Shown piece by piece: positions 40,301-52,100 of a stretch of 64,000 nt of DNA. Location: assembly GCA_964016885.1 (NCBI GenBank), contig OZ024744.1:46996001-47060000 (forward strand). Direction: 5' to 3'. Below the pieces are notes generated by a model. The model was not told the origin of the DNA and ran no database searches. It worked only from the letters and a program-made list of their open reading frames with translations. A program made the position numbers and the translations under genes. Within the stretch, counting starts at the first letter, position 1. Each line of letters begins with the position of its first letter. The stretch is from Eledone cirrhosa (taxonomy: Eukaryota).

Positions 40301-43300
40301 TGGGCTGGGTGATTTTTGCTGTGTCTTTCACGCGTCCACTTTACAGTGTGGGCTGGGTGCTTTTTGCTGTGTCTTTCACATATCAACTTTACAGTGTGGG
40401 CTGTGTGCTTTTTGCAGTGTCTTTCACACGTCCACTTTACAGTCTGGGCTGTGTGCTTTTTGCAGTGTCTTTCACACGTCCACTTTACAGTGTGGGCTGG
40501 GTACTTTTTGCTGTGTCTTTCACATGTCCACTTTACAGTGTGGGCTGGGTGCTTTTTGCTGTGTCTTTCACATATCCACTTTAGAGTGTGGGTTGGGTGC
40601 TTTTTGCTGAGTCTTTCACACGTCCACTTTACAATGTGGGCTGGGTGCTTTTTGCTGTGTCTTTCACACGTCCACTTTGCAGTGTGGGCTGGGTGCTTTT
40701 TGCTGTGTCTTTCACATGTCCACTTTACAATGTGGGCTGGGTGCTTTTTGCTGTGTCTTTCACATGTCCACTTTACAGTGTGGGCTGGGTGCTTTTTGCT
40801 GAGTCTTTCACACATCCACTTTACAATGTGGGCTGGGTGCTTTTTGCTGTGTCTTTCACACGTCCACTTTACAGTGTGGTCTGGGTGCTTTTTGCTGTGT
40901 CTTTCACATGTCCACTTTACAGTGTGGGCTGGGTGGTTTTTGCTGTGTCTTTCACATGTCCACTTTATAGTGTGGGCGGGGTGCTTTTTGCTGTGTCTTT
41001 CACACGTCCAATTTACAGTTTGGGCTGGGTGCTTTTTGCTGTGTCTTTCACATGTCCACCTTACAGTGTGGGCTGGGTGCTTTTTGCTGTGTCTTTCACA
41101 TGTCCAATTTACAGTGTGGGCTGGGTGCTTGTTGTTGTGTCTTTCTCACGTCCACTTTACAGTGTGGGCTGGGTGATTTTTGCTGTGTCTTTCACATGTC
41201 CACTTTACAGTGTGGGCTGGGTGCTTTTTGCAGTGTCTTTCACACGTCCACTTTACAGTGTGGGCTGGGTGCTTTTTGCTGTGTCTTTTACATGTCCACT
41301 TTAGAGTGTGGGCTGGGTGCTTTTTGCTGTGTCTTTCACATATCCACTTTACAGTGTGGGCTGGGTGCTTTTTGCTGAGTCTTTCACACGTCCACTTTAC
41401 AGTGTGGGCTGGGTGCTTTTTGCTGTGTCTTTCACACGTCCACTTTACAGTGTGGGCTGGGTGCTTTTTGCTGTGTCTTTCACATGTCCACTTTACAATG
41501 TGGGCTGGGTGCTTTTTGCTGTGTCTTTCACATGTCCACTTTACAGTGTGGGCTGGGTGCTTTTTGCTGTGTCTTTCACATGTCCACTTTATAGTGTGGG
41601 CTGGGTGCTTTTTGCAGTGTCTTTCACACGTCCACTTTACAATGTGGGCTGGGTACTTTTTGCTGTGTCTTTCACATGTCCACTTTACAGTGTGGGCTGG
41701 GTGCTTTTTGCTGTGTCTTTCACATGTCCACTTTACAGTGTGGGCTGGGTGCTTGTTGCTGTGTCTTTCTCACGTCCACTTTACAGTGTGGGCTGGGTGC
41801 CTTTTGCTGTGTCTTTCACATGTCCACTTTACAGAGTGGGCTGGGTGCTTTTTTCAGTGTCTTTCACACGTCCACTTTACAGTGTGGGCTGGGTGCTTTT
41901 TGCTGTGTCTTTCACATGTCCACTTCACAGTGTGGGCTGGGTGCTTTTTGCTGTGTCTTTCACATGTCCACTTTAAAATGTGGGCTGGGTGCTTTTTGCT
42001 GTGTCTTTCACATGTCCACTTTACAATGTGGGCTGGGTGCTTTTTGCTGTGTCTTTCACATATCCACTTTACAGTGTGGGCTGGGTGCTTTTTGCTGTGT
42101 CTTTCACATGTCCACTTTACAGTGTGGGCTGGGTCATTTTTGCTGTGTCTTTCACATGTCCACTTTACAGTGTGGGCTGGGTGCTTTTTACAGTGTCTTT
42201 CACACGTCCACTTTACAGTGTGGGCTGGGTGCTTTTTGCTGTGTCTTTCACACGTCCACTTTATAGTGTGGGCTGGGTGCTTTTTGCTGTGTCTTTCACA
42301 AGTCCACTTTACATTGTGGGCTGGGTGCTTTTTGCTGTGTCCACTTTACAATGTGCGCCGGGTGCTTTTTGCTGTGTCTTTCACATGTCCACTTTACAGT
42401 GTGGGCTGGGTGCTTGTTGCTGTGTGTTTCTCACGTCCAATTTACAGTGTGGGCTGGGTGCTTTTTGCTTTGTCTTTCACACGTCAACTTTACAGTGTGG
42501 GCTGGGTGCTTTTTGCTGTGTCTTTCACATGTACACTTTACAGTGTGGGCTGTGTGCTTTTTGCAGTGTCTTTCACACGTCAACTTTACAGTGTGGGCTG
42601 GGTGCTTTTTGCTGTGTCTTTCACACGTCAACTTTACAGTGTGGGCTGGGTGCTTTTTGCTGTGTCTTTCACATATCCACTTTACAGTGTGGGCTGTGTG
42701 CTTTTTGCAGTGTCTTTCACACGTCCACTTTACAGTGTGGGCTGGGTGATTTTTGCTGTGTCTTTCACGCGTCCACTTTACAGTGTGGGCTGGGTGCTTT
42801 TTGCTGTGTCTTTCACATATCAACTTTACAGTGTGGGCTGTGTGCTTTTTGCAGTGTCTTTCACACGTCCACTTTACAGTCTGGGCTGTGTGCTTTTTGC
42901 AGTGTCTTTCACACGTCCACTTTACAGTGTGGGCTGGGTACTTTTTGCTGTGTCTTTCACATGTCCACTTTACAGTGTGGGCTGGGTGCTTTTTGCTGTG
43001 TCTTTCACATATCCACTTTAGAGTGTGGGTTGGGTGCTTTTTGCTGAGTCTTTCACACGTCCACTTTACAATGTGGGCTGGGTGCTTTTTGCTGTGTCTT
43101 TCACACGTCCACTTTACAGTGTGGGCTGGGTGCTTTTTGCTGTGTCTTTCACATGTCCACTTTACAATGTGGGCTGGGTGCTTTTTGCTGTGTCTTTCAC
43201 ATGTCCACTTTACAGTGTGGGCTGGGTGCTTTTTGCTGAGTCTTTCACACATCCACTTTACAATGTGGGCTGGGTGCTTTTTGCTGTGTCTTTCACACGT

Positions 43301-45070
43301 CCACTTTACAGTGTGGTCTGGGTGCTTTTTGCTGTGTCTTTCACATGTCCACTTTACAGTGTGGGCTGGGTGGTTTTTGCTGTGTCTTTCACATGTCCAC
43401 TTTATAGTGTGGGCGGGGTGCTTTTTGCTGTGTCTTTCACACGTCCAATTTACAGTTTGGGCTGGGTGCTTTTTGCTGTGTCTTTCACATGTCCACCTTA
43501 CAGTGTGGGCTGGGTGCTTTTTGCTGTGTCTTTCACATGTCCAATTTACAGTGTGGGCTGGGTGCTTGTTGTTGTGTCTTTCTCACGTCCACTTTACAGT
43601 GTGGGCTGGGTGCTTTTTGCTGTGTCTTTCACATGTCCACTTTACAGTGTGGACTGGGTGCTTTTTGCAGTGTCTTTCACAGGTCCACTTTACAGTGTGG
43701 GCTGGGTGCTTTTTGCTGTGTCTTTCACATGTCCACTTTACAGTGTGGGCTGGGTGCTTTTTACTGTGTCTTTCACATGTCCACTTTACAGTGTGGGCTG
43801 GGTGCTTTTTGCTGTGTCTTTCACATGTCCACTTTACAGTGTGGGCTGGGTGCTTTTTGCTGTGTCTTTCACATGTCCACTTTACAGTGTGGGCTGGGTG
43901 CTTTTTGCAGTGTCTTTCACATGTCCACTTTACAGTGTGGGCTGGGTGCTTTTTGCTGTGTCTTTCACATGTCCACTTTACAGTGTGGGCTGGGTGCTTT
44001 TTGCTGTCTTTCACATGTCCACTTTATAGTGTGGGCTGGGTGCTTTTTGCAGTGTCTTTCACACGTCCACTTTACAATGTGGGCTGGGTGCTTTTTGCTG
44101 TGTCTTTCACATGTCCACTTTACAGTGTGGGCTGGGTGCTTTTTGCTGTTTCTTTCACATGTCCACTTTACAGTGTGGGCTGGGTGCTTGTTGCTGTGTC
44201 TTTCTCACGTCCACTTTACAGTGTGGGCTGGGTGCTTTTTGCTGTGTCTTTCACATGTCCACTTTACAGTGTGGGCTGGGTGCTTTTTGCTGTGTCTTTC
44301 ACATGTCCACTTCACAGTGTGGGCTGGGTGCTTTTTGCTGTGTCTTTCACATGTCCACTTTAAAATGTGGGCTGGGTGCTTTTTGCTGTGTCTTTCACAT
44401 GTCCACTTTACAATGTGGGCTGGGTGCTTTTTGCTGTGTCTTTCACATATCCACTTTACAGTGTGGGCTGGGTGCTTTTTGCTGTGTCTTTCACATGTCC
44501 ACTTTACAGTGTGGGCTGGGTCATTTTTGCTGTGTCTTTCACATGTCCACTTTACAGTGTGGGCTGGGTGCTTTTTACAGTGTCTTTCACACGTCCACTT
44601 TACAGTGTGGGCTGGGTGCTTTTTGCTGTGTCTTTCACACGTCCACTTTATAGTGTGGGTTGGGTGCTTTTTGCTGTGTCTTTCACAAGTCCACTTTACA
44701 TTGTGGGCTGGGTGCTTTTTGCTGTGTCTTTCGCATGTCCACTTTACGATGTGCGCCGGGTGCTTTTTGCTGTGTCTTTCACATGTCCACTTTACAGTGT
44801 GGGCTGGGTGCTTGTTGCTGTGTGTTTCTCACGTCCAATTTACAGTGTGGGCTGGGTGCTTTTTGCTTTGTCTTTCACACGTCAACTTTACAGTGTGGGC
44901 TGGGTGCTTTTTGCTGTGGCTTTCACATGTACACTTTACAGTGTGGGCTGTGTGCTTTTTGCAGTGTCTTTCACACGTCAACTTTACAGTGTGGGCTGTG
45001 TGCTTTTTGCAGTGTCTTTCACACGTCCACTTTACAGTGTGGGCTAGGTGATTTTTGCTGTGTCTTTCAC
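31376..45070. repeat. Near-perfect tandem duplication of a 6,838-bp unit (143 monomers minus 26 bp)
   Basis: ORFs with matching translations recur at a constant +6,838 offset (31583/38421, 31905/38743, 34342/41180, 36651/43489, 37529/44367). 143x48 - (11+11+2+2) = 6,838, matching the four deletions visible per unit. The junction lies at 38214-38232. Confidence 0.92.
31872..36774. repeat. Tandem duplication of a 2,437-bp unit (51 monomers minus 11 bp), repeated again at 38710-43612
   Basis: ORF pairs 31905/34342, 32033/34470, 32705/35142 and 33076/35513 are all offset by 2,437. The 11-bp-deleted monomer occurs at 33061 and 35498. Confidence 0.92.
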
Positions 45071-46100
45071 GCGTCCACTTTACAGTGTGGGCTGGGTGCT
45101 TTTTGCTGTGTCTTTCACATATCAACTTTACAGTGTGGGCTGTGTGCTTTTTGCAGTGTCTTTCACACGTCTACTTTACAGTCTGGGCTGTGTGCTTTTT
45201 GCAGTGTCTTTCACACGTCCACTTTACAGTGTGGGCTGGGTACTTTTTGCTGTGTCTTTCACATGTCCACTTTACAGTGTGGGCTGGGTGCTTTTTGCTG
45301 TGTCTTTCACATGTCCACTTTACAGTGTGGGCTGGGTCATTTTAGCTGTGTCTTTCACATGTCCACTTTACAGTGTGGGCTGGGTGCTTTTTACAGTGTC
45401 TTTCACACGTCCACTTTACAGTGTGGGCTGGGTGCTTTTTGCTGTGTCTTTCACACGTCCACTTTATAGTGTGGGTTGGGTGCTTTTTGCTGTGTCTTTC
45501 ACAAGTCCACTTTACATTGTGGGCTGGGTGCTTTTTGCTGTGTCTTTCACATGTCCACTTTACGATGTGCGCCGGGTGCTTTTTGCTGTGTCTTTCACAT
45601 GTCCACTTTACAGTGTGGGCTGGGTGCTTGTTGCTGTGTGTTTCTCACGTCCAATTTACAGTGTGGGCTGGGTGCTTTTTGCTTTGTCTTTCACACGTCA
45701 ACTTTACAGTGTGGGCTGGGTGCTTTTTGCTGTGGCTTTCACATGTACACTTTACAGTGTGGGCTGTGTGCTTTTTGCAGTGTCTTTCACACGTCAACTT
45801 TACAGTGTGGGCTGTGTGCTTTTTGCAGTGTCTTTCACACGTCCACTTTACAGTGTGGGCTGGGTGATTTTTGCTGTGTCTTTCACGCGTCCACTTTACA
45901 GTGTGGGCTGGGTGCTTTTTGCTGTGTCTTTCACATATCAACTTTACAGTGTGGGCTGTGTGCTTTTTGCAGTGTCTTTCACACGTCCACTTTACAGTCT
46001 GGGCTGTGTGCTTTTTGCAGTGTCTTTCACACGTCCACTTTACAGTGTGGGCTGGGTACTTTTTGCTGTGTCTTTCACATGTCCACTTTACAGTGTGGGC
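44470..46100. repeat. Local 816-bp (17-monomer) duplication at the transition between HOR domains
   Basis: TTTACGATGTGCGCCGG (~44744/45560), TATAGTGTGGGTTGG and GCTGTGGCTTTC recur 816 bp apart. ORF pairs 44660/45476 and 45055/45871 share this offset. Confidence 0.8.
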
Positions 46101-49100
46101 TGGGTGCTTTTTGCTGTGTCTTTCACATATCCACTTTAGAGTGTGGGCTGGGTGCTTTTTGCTGAGTCTTTCACACGTCCACTTTACAATGTGGGCTGGG
46201 TGCTTTTTGCTGTGTCTTTCACACGTCCACTTTACAGTGTGGGCTGGGTGCTTTTTGCTGTGTCTTTCACATGTCCACTTTACAATGTGGGCTGGGTGCT
46301 TTTTGCTGTGTCTTTCACATGTCCACTTTACAGTGTGGGCTGGGTGCTTTTTGCTGAGTCTTTCACACATCCACTTTACAATGTGGGCTGGGTGCTTTTT
46401 GCTGTGTCTTTCACACGTCCACTTTACAGTGTGGGCTGGGTGCTTTTTGCTGTGTCTTTCACATGTCCACTTTACAGTGTGGGCTGGGTGCTTTTTGCTG
46501 TGTCTTTCACATGTTCACTTTATAGTGTGGGAGGGGTGCTTTTTGCAGTGTCTTTCACACGTCCACTTTACAGTGTGGGCTGGGTGCTTTTTGCTATGTC
46601 TTTCACATGTCCACCTTACAGTGTGGGCTGGGTGCTTTTTGCTGTGTCTTTCACATGTCCAATTTACAGTGTGGGCTGGGTGCTTGTTGTTGTGTCTTTC
46701 TCACGTCCACTTTACAGTGTGGGCTGGGTGCTTTTTGCTGTGTCTTTCACATGTCCACTTTACAGTGTGGACTGGGTGCTTTTTGCAGTGTCTTTCACAC
46801 GTCCACTTTACAGTGTGGGCTGGGTGCTTTTTGCTGTGTCTTTCACATGTCCACTTTACAGTGTGGGCTGGGTGCTTTTTACTGTGTCTTTCACATGTCC
46901 ACTTTACAGTGTGGGCTGGGTGCTTTTTGCTGTGTCTTTCACATGTCCACTTTACAGTGTGGGCTGGGTGCTTTTTGCTGTGTCTTTCACATGTCCAATT
47001 TACAGTGTAGGCTGGGTGCTTTTTGCAGTGTCTTTCACACGTCCACTTTACAGTGTGGGCTGGGTGCTTTTTGCTGTGTCTTTCACACGTCCACTTTACA
47101 GTGTAGGCTGGGTGCTTTTTGCTGTGTCTTTCACATGTCCACTTTACAGTGTGGGCTGGGTGCTTTTTGCTGTGTCTTTCACATGTCCACTTTACAGTGT
47201 GGGCTGGGTGCTTTTTGCTGTGTCTTTCACATGTCCACTTTACAGTGTGGGCTGGGTGATTTTTGCTGTGTCTTTCACATGTCCACTTCACAGTGTGGGC
47301 TGGGTGCTTTTTACAGTGTCTTTCACACGTCCACTTTACAGTGTGGGCTGGGTGCTTTTTGCTGTGTCTTTCACACGTCCACTTTATAGTGTGGGCTGGG
47401 TGCTTTTTGCTGTGTCTTTCACAAGTCCACTTTACATTGTGGGCTGGGTGCTTTTTGCTGTGTCTTTCACATGTCCACTTTACAATGTGCGCCGGGTGCT
47501 TTTTGCTGTGTCTTTCACATATCCACTTTACAGTGTGGGCTGGGTGCTTGTTGTTGTGTCTTTCTCACGTCCAATTTACAGTGTGGGCTGGGTGCTTTTT
47601 GCTTTGTCTTTCACACGTCAACTTTACAGTGTGGGCTGGGTGCTTTTTGCTGTGTCTTTCACACGCCAACTATACAGTGTGGGCTGGGTGCTTTTTGCTG
47701 TGTCTTTCACATATCCACTTTACAGTGTGGGCTGTGTGCTTTTTGCAGTGTCTTTCACACGTCCACTTTACAGTGTGGGCTGGGTGATTTTTGCTGTGTC
47801 TTTCACGCGTCCACTTTACAGTGTGGGCTGGGTGCTTTTTGCTGTGTCTTTCACATATCAACTTTACAGTGTGGGCTGTGTGCTTTTTGCAGTGTCTTTC
47901 ACACGTCCACTTTACAGTCTGGGCTGTGTGCTTTTTGCAGTGTCTTTCACACGTCCACTTTACAGTGTGGGCTGGGTACTTTTTGCTGTGTCTTTCACAT
48001 GTCCACTTTACAGTGTGGGCTGGGTGCTTTTTGCTGTGTCTTTCACATATCCACTTTAGAGTGTGGGCTGGGTGCTTTTTGCTGAGTCTTTCACACGTCC
48101 ACTTTACAATGTGGGCTGGGTGCTTTTTGCTGTGTCTTTCACACGTCCACTTTACAGTGTGGGCTGGGTGCTTTTTGCTGTGTCTTTCACATGTCCACTT
48201 TACAATGTGGGCTGGGTGCTTTTTGCTGTGTCTTTCACATGTCCACTTTACAGTGTGGGCTGGGTGCTTTTTGCTGAGTCTTTCACACATCCACTTTACA
48301 ATGTGGGCTGGGTGCTTTTTGCTGTGTCTTTCACACGTCCACTTTACAGTGTGGGCTGGGTGCTTTTTGCTGTGTCTTTCACATGTCCACTTTACAGTGT
48401 GGGCTGGGTGCTTTTTGCTGTGTCTTTCACATGTTCACTTTATAGTGTGGGAGGGGTGCTTTTTGCAGTGTCTTTCACACGTCCACTTTACAGTGTGGGC
48501 TGGGTGCTTTTTGCTATGTCTTTCACATGTCCACCTTACAGTGTGGGCTGGGTGCTTTTTGCTGTGTCTTTCACATGTCCAATTTACAGTGTGGGCTGGG
48601 TGCTTGTTGTTGTGTCTTTCTCACGTCCACTTTACAGTGTGGGCTGGGTGCTTTTTGCTGTGTCTTTCACATGTCCACTTTACAGTGTGGACTGGGTGCT
48701 TTTTGCAGCGTCTTTCACACGTCCACTTTACAGTGTGGGCTGGGTGCTTTTTGCTGTGTCTTTCACATGTCCACTTTACAGTGTGGGCTGGGTGCTTTTT
48801 ACTGTGTCTTTCACATGTCCACTTTACAGTGTGGGCTGGGTGCTTTTTGCTGTGTCTTTCACATGTCCACTTTACAGTGTGGGCTGGGTGCTTTTTGCTG
48901 TGTCTTTCACATGTCCAATTAAACAGTGTAGGCTGGGTGCTTTTTGCAGTGTCTTTCACACGTCCACTTTACAGTGTGGGCTGGGTGCTTTTTGCTGTGT
49001 CTTTCACACGTCCACTTTACAGTGTAGGCTGGGTGCTTTTTGCTGTGTCTTTCACATGTCCACTTTACAGTGTGGGCTGGGTGCTTTTTGCTGTGTCTTT

Positions 49101-52100
49101 CACATGTCCACTTTACAGTGTGGGCTGGGTGCTTTTTGCTGTGTCTTTCACATGTCCACTTTACAGTGTGGGCTGGGTGATTTTTGCTGTGTCTTTCACA
49201 TGTCCACTTCACAGTGTGGGCTGGGTGCTTTTTACAGTGTCTTTCACACGTCCACTTTACAGTGTGGGCTGGGTGCTTTTTGCTGTGTCTTTCACACGTC
49301 CACTTTATAGTGTGGGCTGGGTGCTTTTTGCTGTGTCTTTCACAAGTCCACTTTACATTGTGGGCTGGGTGCTTTTTGCTGTGTCTTTCACATGTCCACT
49401 TTACAATGTGCGCCGGGTGCTTTTTGCTGTGTCTTTCACATATCCACTTTACAGTGTGGGCTGGGTGCTTGTTGTTGTGTCTTTCTCACGTCCAATTTAC
49501 AGTGTGGGCTGGGTGCTTTTTGCTTTGTCTTTCACACGTCAACTTTACAGTGTGGGCTGGGTGCTTTTTGCTGTGTCTTTCACACGCCAACTATACAGTG
49601 TGGGCTGGGTGCTTTTTGCTGTGTCTTTCACATATCCACTTTACAGTGTGGGCTGTGTGCTTTTTGCAGTGTCTTTCACACGTCCACTTTACAGTGTGGG
49701 CTGGGTGATTTTTGCTGTGTCTTTCACGCGTCCACTTTACAGTGTGGGCTGGGTGCTTTTTGCTGTGTCTTTCACATATCAACTTTACAGTGTGGGCTGG
49801 GTGCTTTTTGCAGTGTCTTTCACACGTCCACTTTACAGTCTGGGCTGTGTGCTTTTTGCAGTGTCTTTCACACGTCCACTTTACAGTGTGGGCTGGGTGC
49901 TTTTTGCTGTGTCTTTCACATATCCACTTTAGAGTGTGGGCTGGGTGCTTTTTGCTGAGTCTTTCACACGTCCACTTTACATTGTGGGCTGGGTGCTTTT
50001 TGCTGTGTCTTTCACACGTCCACTTTACAGTGTGGGCTGGGTGCTTTTTGCTGTGTCTTTCACATGTCCACTTTACAATGTGGGCTGGGTGCTTTTTGCT
50101 GTGTCTTTCACATGTCCACTTTACAGTGTGGGCTGGGTGCTTTTTGCTGAGTCTTTCACACATCCACGTTACAATGTGGGCTGGGTGCTTTTTGCTGTGT
50201 CTTTCACACGTCCACTTTACAGTGTGGGCTGGGTGCTTTTTGCTGTGTCTTTCACATGTCCACTTTACAGTGTGGGCTGGGTGCTTTTTGCTGTGTCTTT
50301 CACATGTTCACTTTATAGTGTGGCAGGGGTGCTTTTTGCAGTGTCTTTCACACGTCCACTTTACAGTGTGGGCTGGGTGCTTTTTGCTATGTCTTTCACA
50401 TGTCCACCTTACAGTGTGGGCTGGGTGCTTTTTGCTGTGTCTTTCACATGTCCAATTTACAGTGTGGGCTGGGTGCTTGTTGTTGTGTCTTTCTCACGTC
50501 CACTTTACAGTGTGGGCTGGGTGCTTTTTGCTGTGTCTTTCACATGTCCACTTTACAGTGTGGGCTGGGTGCTTTTTGCTGTGTCTTTCACATGTCCAAT
50601 TTACAGTGTAGGCTGGGTGCTTTTTGCAGTGTCTTTCACACGTCCACTTTACAGTGTGGGCTGGGTGCTTTTTGCTGTGTCTTTCACACGTCCACTTTAC
50701 AGTGTAGGCTGGGTGCTTTTTGCTGTGTCTTTCACATGTCCACTTTACAGTGTGGGCTGGGTGCTTTTTGCTGTGTCTTTCACATGTCCACTTTACAGTG
50801 TGGGCTGGGTGCTTTTTGCTGTGTCTTTCACATGTCCACTTTACAGTGTGGGCTGGGTGATTTTTGCTGTGTCTTTCACATGTCCACTTCACAGTGTGGG
50901 CTGGGTGCTTTTTACAGTGTCTTTCACACGTCCACTTTACAGTGTGGGCTGGGTGCTTTTTGCTGTGTCTTTCACACGTCCACTTTATAGTGTGGGCTGG
51001 GTGCTTTTTGCTGTGTCTTTCACAAGTCCACTTTACATTGTGGGCTGGGTGCTTTTTGCTGTGTCTTTCACATGTCCACTTTACAATGTGCGCCGGGTGC
51101 TTTTTGCTGTGTCTTTCACATATCCACTTTACAGTGTGGGCTGGGTGCTTGTTGTTGTGTCTTTCTCACGTCCAATTTACAGTGTGGGCTGGGTGCTTTT
51201 TGCTTTGTCTTTCACACGTCAACTTTACAGTGTGGGCTGGGTGCTTTTTGCTGTGTCTTTCACACGCCAACTATACAGTGTGGGCTGGGTGCTTTTTGCT
51301 GTGTCTTTCACATATCCACTTTACAGTGTGGGCTGTGTGCGTTTTGCAGTGTCTTTCACACGTCCACTTTACAGTGTGGGCTGGGTGATTTTTGCTGTGT
51401 CTTTCACGCGTCCACTTTACAGTGTGGGCTGGGTGCTTTTTGCTGTGTCTTTCACATATCAACTTTACAGTGTGGGCTGTGTGCTTTTTGCAGTGTCTTT
51501 CACACGTCCACTTTACAGTCTGGGCTGTGTGCTTTTTGCAGTGTCTTTCACACGTCCACTTTACAGTGTGGGCTGGGTACTTTTTGCTGTGTCTTTCACA
51601 TGTCCACTTTACAGTGTGGGCTGGGTGCTTTTTGCTGTGTCTTTCACATATCCACTTTAGAGTGTGGGCTGGGTGCTTTTTGCTGAGTCTTTCACACGTC
51701 CACTTTACAATGTGGGCTGGGTGCTTTTTGCTGTGTCTTTCACACGTCCACTTTACAGTGTGGGCTGGGTGCTTTTTGCTGTGTCTTTCACATGTCCACT
51801 TTACAATGTGGGCTGGGTGCTTTTTGCTGTGTCTTTCACATGTCCACTTTACAGTGTGGGCTGGGTGCTTTTTGCTGAGTCTTTCACACATCCACTTTAC
51901 AATGTGGGCTGGGTGCTTTTTGCTGTGTCTTTCACACGTCCACTTTACAGTGTGGGCTGGGTGCTTTTTGCTGTGTCTTTCACATGTCCACTTTACAGTG
52001 TGGGCTGGGTTCTTTTTGCTGTGTCTTTCACATGTTCACTTTATAGTGTGGGAGGGGTGCTTTTTGCAGTGTCTTTCACACGTCCACTTTACAGTGTGGG

